The notes beneath the pieces are model-generated. The model did not search any database. It had not been told where the DNA came from and was given only the letters and a program-made list of their open reading frames with translations. 50,673 bases of DNA from Dehalococcoidia bacterium (GTDB taxonomy: Bacteria; Chloroflexota; Dehalococcoidia; Lucifugimonadales; CAUZEB01), in contig CAUZEB010000001.1 of assembly GCA_963578655.1 (NCBI GenBank), forward strand, positions 1 through 50,673, in the 5' to 3' direction. Each line of letters begins with the position of its first letter. The first letter of the stretch is position 1. Shown in pieces: positions 9,614 through 19,633 of this stretch. The position numbers and the translations under genes were made by a program.

Positions 9614-9943
9614 ATGCTAGCCTTTGAGTTGTCACAGGAATTCATTAGACACCAACTCCAGGATTCTCTTTACAGTGAATTTCTGACCACTCAAAATCTA
9701 AGTGTTGGCATTTATGAATTGCCGTCAGGAGATTATGATCCTCAACAACCGCACACCGAAGATGAAGTCTATCTCGTTTTAAAAGGTAAAGGTAAGATCA
9801 GGGTATCAGAAGAAGTACGTGATGTCGCACCTGGCTCTGTAGTATATGTAAGTGCTGGCCTTGACCATAAATTCTTCGATATTATACAAACTCTTACAAT
9901 ACTGGTGATATTCTCTCCCGCCAGAGGGACGCAAATAAAGTAA
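9614..9943 (+). CDS. Cupin domain protein
   Basis: 109 aa. Cupin motifs 'HTEDEVYLVLKGKG' and 'GSVVYVSAGLDHKF'. Confidence 0.7.
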   Translation: MLAFELSQEFIRHQLQDSLYSEFLTTQNLSVGIYELPSGDYDPQQPHTEDEVYLVLKGKGKIRVSEEVRDVAPGSVVYVSAGLDHKFFDIIQTLTILVIFSPARGTQIK

Positions 9944-9992
9944 TATAGGCCATCTCTATTCATTCTAATGAAATTAGACATCAAATTTATCT

Positions 9993-10020
9993 TTGACAAT
10001 TAGACAGATTAATCTATTAT
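9993..10020 (+). promoter_or_regulatory. Candidate sigma70-type promoter upstream of the CoA-transferase operon
   Basis: TTGACA (9993-9998), 16-nt spacer, TATTAT (10015-10020). Lies about 130 nt upstream of the CDS. Pattern match only. Confidence 0.3.
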
Positions 10021-10152
10021 GTGCATGAAGGAACTGGCAAAATAAGTTGTAACAATCGAAGGCTTTTGTGCGTCGTATCCTATCGACCCTTAAACTGATT
10101 CCTCTAGAAATATAATTATATTTAAATAAATCCTATGGAGGTGCTTCAATCA

Positions 10153-10869
10153 ATGCCAATTAATAAGGTTGTACCATCCTTTATGGAAGCCGTTTCAGAC
10201 ATCAACGATGGAGCTACGTTGATGATCGATGGATTCGGTGGTCCGGGAGGGATGGCTCAAAACTTACTAATTGCTTTAAGAGACCAAGGAGCGAAAGATC
10301 TGACTATAATTTGCAATACAGCCGGTATTGCAAGCAGTACTGGTTTCGGGACTGTACCTGGTGATGCACCTATTGATACCGGTATCCTAATTGAAAATAA
10401 CCAAGTTAAGAAAGTAATAGCTTCTTACCCTGTTTCTCCTTCGCCTTCTCGGCCGAATGCTTTCGAAAAGGCCTACAATCTAGGTAAGATCAGCCTAGAG
10501 GTAGTACCACAAGGCACACTGGCTGAACGCATCAGATCTGGTGGCGCTGGGATTCCTGCATTCTATACTCCTACTGGTGTAGGCACGTTACTGGCGGAAG
10601 GAAAAGAAATTCGAACTTTCAATAAAAAGGATTTTTTGCTAGAACATTCTTTGATTGCAGATTTCGCTCTCCTGAAAGGACAACAATCAGACACATTAGG
10701 AAATGTAATATATGAGGGCACCTCTAGGAACTTTAATGCTGTTATGGCGACAGCATCTAACATTACTATTGTTGAGGTAGAGAAAATTCTTGAACCAGGA
10801 GGATTGAAGGGTGAAGCAATACATACTCCTGCAATATATGTTAATCGTATCGTACAACTACCTAGTTAG
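10153..10869 (+). CDS. 3-oxoacid CoA-transferase subunit A
   Basis: 'ATLMIDGFGGPGGMAQNL', 'ELVPQGTLAERIR'-like 'LEVVPQGTLAERIRSGGAGIPAFYTPTGVGT'. The first ATG (10135) is itself part of the SD GGAGGTG. The ATG at 10153 lies 9 nt downstream of that SD. Confidence 0.9.
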   Translation: MPINKVVPSFMEAVSDINDGATLMIDGFGGPGGMAQNLLIALRDQGAKDLTIICNTAGIASSTGFGTVPGDAPIDTGILIENNQVKKVIASYPVSPSPSRPNAFEKAYNLGKISLEVVPQGTLAERIRSGGAGIPAFYTPTGVGTLLAEGKEIRTFNKKDFLLEHSLIADFALLKGQQSDTLGNVIYEGTSRNFNAVMATASNITIVEVEKILEPGGLKGEAIHTPAIYVNRIVQLPS

Positions 10870-10888
10870 ATAGTTTGAGGGGTGACTT

Positions 10889-11554
10889 ATGGAACGATAT
10901 AGGCTTGATAGAGAAGTAATTGCAATGAGGGTCGCAAAAGAATTACGAGATGGCGATGTAGTGAACCTTGGCATTGGAATTCCCACTCTATGCTCTCAAT
11001 TTGTTCCCGAAGGACGCAGTATTATGTACCACAGTGAAAGTGGTGTGCTTAATTACGGACCCTTAGCGGAATCGGGAAATGAAAATATAGATCTAATAAA
11101 TGCTGGTGGTCAATTCCTAGCACCCAATCCAGGGATGTCTTTCTTTGATTCTGCAGATGCTTTTGCGATGATAAGAGGAAGTCACGTAGATGTCACAGTA
11201 CTGGGAGCCATGCAAGTCTCAAGGAGAGGTGATTTAGCTAATTGGATGTTGCCCAAGAGAGGAATAGGTAACGTTGGAGGGGCTATGGACTTAGCAGCAG
11301 GGGCTAAAAAAGTCATCGTAGCTATGGAGCACTCAAATAAAGACGGTAAAGCTAAAATTGTTGAGGAGTGTACATTTCCACTAACTGCCAAAGGTTGTGT
11401 CGATCTAATTGTTACTGATATAGCAGTCATGGAGATAACATCAGATGGGCTCCTCTTGACTGAAGTAGCCCCCGGATGGGCTCCAGAAAACGTGCAAAAA
11501 GAGACTGAAGCTATTCTTAAGGTTTCGTCCTACATTAGAGAGATTGAACTATGA
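10889..11554 (+). CDS. 3-oxoacid CoA-transferase subunit B
   Basis: 'VNLGIGIPT', 'YHSESGVL' (position of the catalytic-Glu SENG motif), 'GGAMDLAAGAKKVIVAMEH'. Follows subunit A by 19 nt. Confidence 0.9.
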   Translation: MERYRLDREVIAMRVAKELRDGDVVNLGIGIPTLCSQFVPEGRSIMYHSESGVLNYGPLAESGNENIDLINAGGQFLAPNPGMSFFDSADAFAMIRGSHVDVTVLGAMQVSRRGDLANWMLPKRGIGNVGGAMDLAAGAKKVIVAMEHSNKDGKAKIVEECTFPLTAKGCVDLIVTDIAVMEITSDGLLLTEVAPGWAPENVQKETEAILKVSSYIREIEL

Positions 11555-11642
11555 ACTATTTAAGTAAGAAAACCTAACATCTGAAACTATTCTCCTAACG
11601 AAGACTTAACCAGTTCAGAAAATTAAAGAGTCGAACTATTCC

Positions 11643-12272
11643 ATGATGAAAAAGTTTTTATCACCTTTCATTAGAAGGCCCAACTCCTCGTTACGGGGCC
11701 GTTTTGATCGAGTTTCATACATTATTCTTGGCTTGGGTAATCCTGGCCCTAAGTACTCTTGTACTCGCCACAATGTAGGATTCTGGTGCGTTGACCGACT
11801 ATCCAAAGAGTACTCAACTTCTGTTTGTACAGGAGACCAGGCTGCGTTGCTTGGTGAGTGTTCAATATCATCCACGCGCATCGTTCTGGCAAAACCATCC
11901 ACCTTTGTCAACCATAGCGGTCGGGCAGCATCAAATCTTATGTCAAGATACAATCTCCCATCACAAAATCTGTTAGTAATATATGACGATATTCATCTTC
12001 CTGTCGGAAAAATACGCCTAAGAGCTAATGGAAGCGCAGGAGGTCATAATGGCATGAAATCAATTATAGAGTCTATAGGAACTCGAAACTTTCCGAGATT
12101 ACGTGTCGGCATTGGTGGCCCTCCACGATCGCTTAGCCAATCAGACCATGTGCTAGGCTCCATGTCGTTAGAAGACCAAAATTTAACAGATGAAGCGATT
12201 GAACTTGTAGTACAGGTGGTGTCCTCATTCATAGGCGAAGGTATCACTTTAACAATGAACAAATTCAACTGA
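11643..12272 (+). CDS. pth: Peptidyl-tRNA hydrolase
   Basis: 'ILGLGNPGPKYSCTRHNVGF', 'GSAGGHNGMKSI', 'RLRVGIG'. Carries an unusual basic N-terminal extension of about 27 aa before the conserved GLGNPG. Confidence 0.9.
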   Translation: MMKKFLSPFIRRPNSSLRGRFDRVSYIILGLGNPGPKYSCTRHNVGFWCVDRLSKEYSTSVCTGDQAALLGECSISSTRIVLAKPSTFVNHSGRAASNLMSRYNLPSQNLLVIYDDIHLPVGKIRLRANGSAGGHNGMKSIIESIGTRNFPRLRVGIGGPPRSLSQSDHVLGSMSLEDQNLTDEAIELVVQVVSSFIGEGITLTMNKFN

Positions 12273-12339
12273 CCAAACTCTACCATAAGTTTGTCATCGT
12301 ATAACTCATAGGGCTAGAAGAAGGGAATTATACAACCAA

Positions 12340-14262
12340 GTGGACACATCTATGTTATTAATAAATCTTATCTTGTCAACGCTCATTCTTACCATAGCCT
12401 GTTCCAACTTCCCTAGAGAGAGCCGAACTAACCATACAATAAATACTCTGACTCCGACTTCTATCTCTCAAACAGCAAAAAGTGCAGACATGTTGACATC
12501 GTCTGTGTCAGTAAGAAAGAACATACCGCCAGATCGTGATTTATACGACATTGCTCGACGACTAGGGAATAATTATGAAAGCACAATTTCCGTTCGCACA
12601 CAAAGGCTAGGGCAACAGTATCTCGAAGATCATGAAGAAACTTTTTGGATATTGGATCAGACTAATCAGAATGCTTATAGCGTCCAAGCGACTCTTATGA
12701 TTGTGTCGGAACATGCTTATTGGTACGTCGATAATGAAGTCTTCATCAAACGTGATGATCTAATCAAAGCAGTTACGTCTTATGAACACAACATTTACCC
12801 CACCGTCACGACTTTCTTTGGTGATATCTGGAGTCCCGGTATAGATGGCGATCCACGCCTTACAATTTTACACACTCAGCTATATGGTGCGGCTCTAGGT
12901 TATTTCAGTTCCAATGACGAGTATCCGAAACAAATTCGACCGCTCAGTAATCAACGAAAAATGATATACATGGATACCAGATGGCAAAAGCCTGGCTCCC
13001 AGGGCTACCTCAGTGTACTAGCGCATGAACTACAACACGCGATTCACTGGAACATAGACAAAGGAGAGGATGCCTGGGTAAATGAAGGTCTCTCTGAATT
13101 GGCTGTTGAACTATCCGGGTTTCCGACGTTCCATATCCCTTCATTTCTTAAAAAGGCTGACACTTCCCTCAACTACAGACCTGAGAGTAATGTCAATTCA
13201 AGTCCTTATTATGGAGCTTCTAATCTTTTTTTTGCTTATCTCACCCAACATTACGGAGGTGACAAAAACATTAAGCACCTGGTACTAGAACAGGCCGACA
13301 GTATAGCTGGTGTTGAACGTTATTTATCCTCCTTTGGAACAAACTTTTTGGGTGTGTTTAAAGATTGGCTAGTTGCCAATTACGTTGGTGAGAATTCTGG
13401 CCCCTTTGGGTATACGGACAGAGAAATTAAAACGCAAGATGTCCAATTGGTGGATAGTTTTCGCAAAATAACACAAGAACTTCCGCAATTCGCAGCGAGC
13501 TATACCGATATCAGAATTGCCGAAGGAGACGCTGTAATAACATTTGAAGGAGACTCGACCGTTAAACAAGTGAAGACAGAGTGTCTTAGCGGTCGTTTTT
13601 GTTGGTGGGGTAATAGAGGGGATAGCATAGATTCTAGGATGACACGGGGATTTGATCTCTCTACATTAACCGAAGCAACCTTGATATTCTGGACCTGGTT
13701 CGAAATAGAGAAACATTGGGACTACGGATATGTAAGTATATCCACCGACGGCGGAAGTACATGGGCTACCATGAAGGGTAAATACACCACAAACGACAAT
13801 CCCCTGGGAAATAATTTTGGTAACGGAATAACTGGCAGATCGAATGTATGGGTAAAAGAGCAAGTGAATCTCACTCCTTTTGTCGGAAGTAATATACTAA
13901 TTAGATTCGAATACATAACAGACGGCGCCGTTTACTCTGACGGATTAGTCATAGATGATATTTCCATCCCTCAATTGGGTTTCTTCGACGATGCGGAGGA
14001 GGATCAAGTTTGGATATCAGAAGGATTCCATAGAATTGAGAATTCAATACCTCAAAAATACGCGATCCGTCTTATCGAGAAAGGATTTAACGACGCCTAC
14101 TCTGTTAGAGAAGTTATCGTACCAGAGAGCGGCCAACTAGAATTTATAATCGAAGATTTTGGATCCTTGATTGAATACGCTATAGTAATTGTATCCCCTG
14201 TCACACGTGATACTCATCAGTCAGTTGAATATACTCTTACCATCAAGCCTTTGACAGAATAG
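12340..14262 (+). CDS. Secreted or lipid-anchored zinc metallopeptidase (gluzincin, HEXXH...E)
   Basis: N-terminal hydrophobic signal ending 'LILTIAC'. 'LAHELQHAIHW' is followed 18 residues later by 'WVNEGLSELA' (third zinc ligand). C-terminal beta-rich domain 'YGYVSISTDGGSTWATM...ILIRFEYITDG'. The MEROPS family was not resolved by eye. Confidence 0.7.
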   Translation: MDTSMLLINLILSTLILTIACSNFPRESRTNHTINTLTPTSISQTAKSADMLTSSVSVRKNIPPDRDLYDIARRLGNNYESTISVRTQRLGQQYLEDHEETFWILDQTNQNAYSVQATLMIVSEHAYWYVDNEVFIKRDDLIKAVTSYEHNIYPTVTTFFGDIWSPGIDGDPRLTILHTQLYGAALGYFSSNDEYPKQIRPLSNQRKMIYMDTRWQKPGSQGYLSVLAHELQHAIHWNIDKGEDAWVNEGLSELAVELSGFPTFHIPSFLKKADTSLNYRPESNVNSSPYYGASNLFFAYLTQHYGGDKNIKHLVLEQADSIAGVERYLSSFGTNFLGVFKDWLVANYVGENSGPFGYTDREIKTQDVQLVDSFRKITQELPQFAASYTDIRIAEGDAVITFEGDSTVKQVKTECLSGRFCWWGNRGDSIDSRMTRGFDLSTLTEATLIFWTWFEIEKHWDYGYVSISTDGGSTWATMKGKYTTNDNPLGNNFGNGITGRSNVWVKEQVNLTPFVGSNILIRFEYITDGAVYSDGLVIDDISIPQLGFFDDAEEDQVWISEGFHRIENSIPQKYAIRLIEKGFNDAYSVREVIVPESGQLEFIIEDFGSLIEYAIVIVSPVTRDTHQSVEYTLTIKPLTE

Positions 14263-14361
14263 TGATTTATATTTAATCAATGTCTCCACTCATACTCAAG
14301 ATTACTGTATTCATCATTCTTGTTATTCGGTTAAATATTTTGGCCTAAAGTACACCCTAAT

Positions 14362-15390
14362 TCAACCTCCTATATGGTACATTTCCACCTTTCCTCTAGA
14401 GTTACGTAATGCCTCCGTCATAGATGATCTTGCTTCGGAGTATCGATCTACTCTTCGTATCCAAGTCTGTTTTATGATTTTCTCTATCTCTGCATCGTCT
14501 GCACCCATCCGCATTGGTTCTCTCAGATCCGTTCCTTCGCTTCCAAATAAACATGTAAATATCTTGCCTTCAGGTGACAATCGAAGCCGAGTACAATCTC
14601 CACAGAAAGGCTCAGTCACCGAGTTTATAAGTCCGATTTCTCCCTCACCATCCACGTATCGATATCTGGTCGCAACCTCTCCCGTATAATTAGATGCAAT
14701 TGGTTCAAGGGGCATTACCTCATTAATCCTCGCCACAATTTCTTTTCCTGAAACCACATTTGCTAAACTCCACCCGTTGCGAGTTCCTACATCCATATAT
14801 TCAATAAAGCGGACAATATGCCCTCTCTTCTTGAAATACCTTGCTAATTGCACCACCGTGTGATCGTTAATCCCTCTTTGGACCACTGCGTTAACTTTAA
14901 TAGGGAAAAAGCCATTAGCTTCTGCTGACGCTATGCCCTCCAGAACTCTATCCACTCCGTATCCTCGGCCATTCATTTTTTTAAATATCTGGTCGTCCAA
15001 CGTGTCTAATGAAATCGTAATCCTATTTAGCCCTGATTGCCTCAAAGCTTTCGCTTTGCCAGGAAGGAGATACGAGTTGGTAGTCATTGTTAGATCTTCT
15101 ATGCCTTTGATTTTTGCAAGCATCGCCACCAGGTCTTCTATTGATTTCCTAACCAGTGGTTCTCCGCCCGTAATACGTATTTTCGTTGCGCCGAGGTTAA
15201 CCATTATCTTGGACAACCTAACTATCTCTTCGAAGGTCAATAGCTCTATTTTTGGTAAAAATTTGTAACTTTCGCCGTATATTTCCGCCGGCATACAATA
15301 TGTGCAACGAAAGTTACATCGATCCGTAACCGAAATCCTTAAATCTTTGAAGGGCCTAGAAAATTTGTCTTCGATTATGGTAAGTGCCAT
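14362..15390 (-). CDS. moaA: GTP 3',8-cyclase MoaA (radical SAM)
   Basis: 'RISVTDRCNFRCTYCMP', 'ITGGEPL', the C-terminal cluster 'CGDCTRLRLSPEGKIFTCLF' and terminal 'GG'. Confidence 0.95.
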   Translation of the reverse strand: MALTIIEDKFSRPFKDLRISVTDRCNFRCTYCMPAEIYGESYKFLPKIELLTFEEIVRLSKIMVNLGATKIRITGGEPLVRKSIEDLVAMLAKIKGIEDLTMTTNSYLLPGKAKALRQSGLNRITISLDTLDDQIFKKMNGRGYGVDRVLEGIASAEANGFFPIKVNAVVQRGINDHTVVQLARYFKKRGHIVRFIEYMDVGTRNGWSLANVVSGKEIVARINEVMPLEPIASNYTGEVATRYRYVDGEGEIGLINSVTEPFCGDCTRLRLSPEGKIFTCLFGSEGTDLREPMRMGADDAEIEKIIKQTWIRRVDRYSEARSSMTEALRNSRGKVEMYHIGG

Positions 15391-15477
15391 TTGTTAAAGC
15401 CTAATTAGAGAGTTGAATTCTGTACTGCAATACCAACGTATCACCCACATTATAACTCAATTATGCAACTTAATAAT

Positions 15478-16077
15478 CTATGTGTTTCTTTTGATGAGTT
15501 TGGATACAATTTTTCTACAGGCTCTAGCTCTATGACTAAACATATTTTTTTCATCTCGATCTAGCTCAGCCATAGTTCTGCCCAATTCAGGTATTAAGAA
15601 AATGGGATCATAGCCGAATCCATTGGAGCCCCTAGGTTTACTAATTATTAAGCCCTCACATGCCCCTTCGGATATTAATAAAGCCCTGTTAGACTCTGCG
15701 ACCGCAATAACGCATTTAAACTCAGCCCGGAAATTACGGTCTCCTATCTTGTTAAGTTTCGAGATCAGGAGATCAACACGATCTTCGTCCGTGGCTAATG
15801 GTCCAGCATATCTGGCAGAATAAATACCTGGCTTCCTGCCTAAGGCCTCTACTTCCAATCCTGAGTCATCAGCCAAAGTCGTAAGACCGCTAAGTTCGCA
15901 ATACTTAGTGGCCTTCAATACAGCATTCTCCTTGAAAGTAGTTCCTCTTTCCTCTACTTCTATATCTATGCCCACATCGGTAAGCGATAATATTTCTATA
16001 GCCGTACGATCGAAAAAAGTCGCGATTTCTTTAAACTTACCCTTATTATGAGTAGCGATTAAGATTTTTGATTTCAT
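15478..16077 (-). CDS. rdgB: RdgB/HAM1 family non-canonical purine NTP pyrophosphatase
   Basis: 'ILIATHNKGKFKEI', 'TFKENAVLKA', 'ADDSGLEV', 'FGYDPIF', 'SHRARA'. Confidence 0.9.
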   Translation of the reverse strand: MKSKILIATHNKGKFKEIATFFDRTAIEILSLTDVGIDIEVEERGTTFKENAVLKATKYCELSGLTTLADDSGLEVEALGRKPGIYSARYAGPLATDEDRVDLLISKLNKIGDRNFRAEFKCVIAVAESNRALLISEGACEGLIISKPRGSNGFGYDPIFLIPELGRTMAELDRDEKNMFSHRARACRKIVSKLIKRNT

Positions 16078-16140
16078 TGGGATATCACCGGGGCTAAATA
16101 CTTGTTTTAGCTAATTGGTCTTATATGATTCTAGGCCTAA

Positions 16141-17160
16141 TCAATCAATAGAATCATATTTGCCTTGCCTCGCCAAGCTCGTAAGCGCCGCTCGCTTATG
16201 GAAGGCCTGTTTTGCTGCCTGAGCGTTCTCACTTCTACCACCCCATGCCTTTAGAGGGGATGCCTGAAGCCCACGTCCAAAAGAAAAGCTAAGCTCCCAT
16301 GGGACATTTGATGCAGCTCCATACAGGTTGATCTCATTCAAGTTTTTCGTTGCTTCTTCGTCTCCCTGCCCACCCGATAGAAAAACTATCCCTGGTACAG
16401 CCGCGGGCACGGTCCTCTTTAGACATTCCACTGTCATCTGTGCCACTTTTTTGGGGCCAGCCCGATTGGAAGCTTCCTTACCAGAAAGAATCATATTCGG
16501 TTTTAGTAAAGTACTATCAAGTCTAACATTCTGATTCCCAAGTTGGTAATATACCTCGCGCAAAGTTAGTTCCGTTATCTCATAGCATTTCTCTATACTA
16601 TGATCACCGTCCATAAGCACTTCAGGTTCAACTATAGGAACCAAACCTGCTTCCTGGCTTAAACCTGCAAAACGAGCTAGGGCATGCGCATTAGCTCCTA
16701 TCCCATAACTGGTCGGTATATCTTCGCCTATATTAATAACGGCTCTCCATTTCGTAAATTTAGCCCCTAATTTAACATATTCGTCCAAACGACCACGTAA
16801 GCCATCAAGACCGTCAGTAATAACCTCTCCTCCTGCTCCTGCTAAAGGGTTAGTGCTTTTGTCTACCTTAATACCTGGCATGATCCCTTGTTCTCTAAGT
16901 ATATCTACTAATAGCTTACCTTCACGATTTTGCTGGCGAATTGTTTCATCGTAAAGTATAACGCCGCTTATAAACTGTGATGCTCCTTCAGTCGCGAAAA
17001 GCATTTCACGGTAATCTCTCCTATTTTCAAAGGAGGACTCTACATTTATAGAGTCAAATCGTCGCTTTATCGTCCCTGTGCTCTCATCTGCAGCAAGAAT
17101 ACCTCTACCTGAACCTACAAGGGCTCTGGCAATATCCCTTAGTTGCATCTCCACTGTCAT
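16141..17160 (-). CDS. fba: Class I fructose-bisphosphate aldolase (eukaryote-type 'Glycolytic' family)
   Basis: 'GILAADESTGTIKRRF', 'GVILYDETI', 'GIKVDK', 'LLKPNM' (Schiff-base Lys region), 'FLSGGQ', 'SFSFGRGLQ'. Confidence 0.9.
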   Translation of the reverse strand: MTVEMQLRDIARALVGSGRGILAADESTGTIKRRFDSINVESSFENRRDYREMLFATEGASQFISGVILYDETIRQQNREGKLLVDILREQGIMPGIKVDKSTNPLAGAGGEVITDGLDGLRGRLDEYVKLGAKFTKWRAVINIGEDIPTSYGIGANAHALARFAGLSQEAGLVPIVEPEVLMDGDHSIEKCYEITELTLREVYYQLGNQNVRLDSTLLKPNMILSGKEASNRAGPKKVAQMTVECLKRTVPAAVPGIVFLSGGQGDEEATKNLNEINLYGAASNVPWELSFSFGRGLQASPLKAWGGRSENAQAAKQAFHKRAALTSLARQGKYDSID

Positions 17161-17189
17161 TTCGTCACCTCATTCCTTAACTGAATAAA

Positions 17190-18164
17190 CTATGCTTCTA
17201 GAATTTTAAGCACAGTATGCACTACACTCGTATTACCTATAATAAGCGGCACACGCTGATGAATTTTCTCGGGTTGAATCTCGAGTATAGGTATGGAACC
17301 GGAAGACGCCCTACCTCCGGCCTGTTCCGCAATGAACCCCAGAGGATTGGCTTCATACATTAGGCGCAACTTCCCTTGCTTGTTCTTTGCATCTCCAGGG
17401 TAAAGAAATACGCCGCCTTTCAGAAGGTTTCTATGGAAATCAGCAACCAGAGAACCTACATATCGCTGGGAATAAGAAGTTCTTAAGTGAGCAGCGACTT
17501 TTTGCATCTTCTCATCCCATTTGCCAACATTTCCTTCATTGAAACTATAATATTCGCACTTACTAGGTATATTTATGTCAGGGTGCGTTAAGAGAAATTC
17601 ACCAGATTTTGTGTTAAGGGTAAAGCCGTTCACACGACCCACAGTCGCGACTACCAATACAGTGCTGGATCCATATATCACATATGCGGACGCAACCTGC
17701 TTGTTACCACTTTTTAACAATGTTCCACTGCCCAAAATTTCTTCAGGATCTTTATGCCATATACCGAAGATCGATCCTATCGTAACAGCAACATCTATAT
17801 TTGAAGATCCATCTAATGGATCCATCAACACAACATATGTACGGGAGGAGTCATCATCATCTCCCATCATCACGCCTTTTTCTTCTTCCTCTGAGCCCAC
17901 AGCCGCTACGCGCCCACTGTCAACAAACATTCTTATGAAGGTCTCAGATGCGAGACTGTCGAGCTTTTGGACTATCTCACCTTGAACGTTTACCTCTCCT
18001 GTAGAGCCTAGAACCGAGGCAGTAGCCGCATCTCTCACTAGGCTTTGTATCATAGCACCTCCTCCTGCTATGGCTTTTATAACAGCATCAAGGCCATCGG
18101 TGTGCTCATTATTGGATCTACCCCTATCTAAGTAGTGTGATAGAGTCTCTTGATGGTTTGTCAC
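17190..18164 (-). CDS. fbp: Class 1 fructose-1,6-bisphosphatase
   Basis: 'LMDPLDGSSNIDV', 'YGSSTVLV', 'RYVGSLVADFHRNLLKGGVFLYPGD', 'LRLMYEANPLGFIAEQAGG'. Lies 29 nt upstream of the aldolase on the same strand. Confidence 0.9.
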   Translation of the reverse strand: MTNHQETLSHYLDRGRSNNEHTDGLDAVIKAIAGGGAMIQSLVRDAATASVLGSTGEVNVQGEIVQKLDSLASETFIRMFVDSGRVAAVGSEEEEKGVMMGDDDDSSRTYVVLMDPLDGSSNIDVAVTIGSIFGIWHKDPEEILGSGTLLKSGNKQVASAYVIYGSSTVLVVATVGRVNGFTLNTKSGEFLLTHPDINIPSKCEYYSFNEGNVGKWDEKMQKVAAHLRTSYSQRYVGSLVADFHRNLLKGGVFLYPGDAKNKQGKLRLMYEANPLGFIAEQAGGRASSGSIPILEIQPEKIHQRVPLIIGNTSVVHTVLKILEA

Positions 18165-18347
18165 GGAGAAGGCCTCTTGTTATTACATGAAGAGTAGAAT
18201 GGCAATGACAGCTCTGTAGTGACAAGCTTACCATAGGCATAGACCTGCCTCAAGACCATTATTAGGCTGCGAATTAGACCTGTGGCCCATATATCCGTAT
18301 GTATTTATATTCCTAATGCTCACAATCACTGGTAACTTTAATTCTAG

Positions 18348-18998
18348 CTACCGTGTATCTAAATGAGAAGCATCGTTAAACCGATTAATTCTCCAGAAAA
18401 ACGGATTGTAGCTAGTCTCCTCTAGTGAAGTCCATAAGTCTAGATCAAATGTGAAGTCAAATAGAGCAGTGTTGCGAATATTCATCCCCCAGATTAGTTC
18501 TGTACGCATAAGAACAGCCAGTAAGTTTTGAAGTATCCCACCGTGAGTAAACGCAATTATTACATCGTCATCTGAATGCTTTCTAATTACTGTAGATAGG
18601 AAGAGATGAGCTCTAATATTACGTTCTTTAAACGATTCAGCTTTGGGAACCTTATCCCAGTTCCTATTCCTTAGAAATTCTCGAGACAGCTTAGGATGTC
18701 TTAAATCAATCTCTTCCCATGTTAGGCCACTGAATATACCTATATCGTATTCCTTCAGGTTATCTAGATACTCTATTGGTACCGACCAAGATCCACAAAC
18801 GATCTGTGCGGTATCTCTAGTTCGTCGAAGAGGACTGGAATAAATATGATTGATTTCCAGTTTCTCCTCCTTGAATCTATCGTGTAATTTTCGAGCTTGA
18901 TCCCTCCCTGTCTCAGACAGAATGTAATCCATCCGTCCCTGTAGTCTGCCATCAGCATTGGCAATTGTTTCTCCATGTCGTACGAACATAATTCTCAA
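18348..18998 (-). CDS. Histidine phosphatase family protein (phosphoglycerate-mutase-like)
   Basis: 'IMFVRHGETIAN', 'SSPLRRTRDTA' and a second catalytic His in 'AFTHGG'. Confidence 0.8.
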   Translation of the reverse strand: MRIMFVRHGETIANADGRLQGRMDYILSETGRDQARKLHDRFKEEKLEINHIYSSPLRRTRDTAQIVCGSWSVPIEYLDNLKEYDIGIFSGLTWEEIDLRHPKLSREFLRNRNWDKVPKAESFKERNIRAHLFLSTVIRKHSDDDVIIAFTHGGILQNLLAVLMRTELIWGMNIRNTALFDFTFDLDLWTSLEETSYNPFFWRINRFNDASHLDTR

Positions 18999-19005
18999 AG
19001 TATGC

Positions 19006-19575
19006 TCACAACTCTTCCACTACTTTAATTTCTCCTGTACAGGTAGCCTCTAGCAGGGTTCTGAATGGATATCCGTACCTCCTAATCTTATCGCTCCCTC
19101 CCTCCCCTCGATCCAATATAGACATTACCATTATTACTTCACACCCTTCTGCCTCTAATGCTTCTATCGCAAGGAACAAACTTGTCCCAGTAGTACATGT
19201 GTCGTCAACAATCGCAACTTTCGATCCTGGTTTTAATGGCCCTTCTATAGACCTCTTGCCTCCATGTGATTTCACTTCCTTTCGCACGATTAAGCCTGGT
19301 ATGGGCCATCCCTCAACATAGCTTAATGCCGCCACGGCAGAAACAATTGGATCTGCACCCAGAGTTGGGCCGGCTATAGCCTCGGCCCCGCAGGCTCGTA
19401 ATATCTCTAAGAAGGCTTTCCCCACAAGATATCCACCTTCAGGATCTAGAGTAAGGACCCTACCATCAAAGTAATATGTGCTTGTATTTCCCGATGACAG
19501 TCTAAATGTTCCATACGTCAATGCTTTGTTATTCTTCGCCAGCTCCAAAATTCTTTCCGCGTAGTCGTTGATCAC
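19006..19575 (-). CDS. pyrE: Orotate phosphoribosyltransferase
   Basis: 'FRLSSGNTSTYYFD', PRPP loop 'VAIVDDTCTTGTS', 189 aa. Confidence 0.9.
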   Translation of the reverse strand: MINDYAERILELAKNNKALTYGTFRLSSGNTSTYYFDGRVLTLDPEGGYLVGKAFLEILRACGAEAIAGPTLGADPIVSAVAALSYVEGWPIPGLIVRKEVKSHGGKRSIEGPLKPGSKVAIVDDTCTTGTSLFLAIEALEAEGCEVIMVMSILDRGEGGSDKIRRYGYPFRTLLEATCTGEIKVVEEL

Positions 19576-19633
19576 ATTGCCCCTTTTCTCACTTAATTAT
19601 TATTTAAAGTATTCAGCTGAAACAAACACAATA

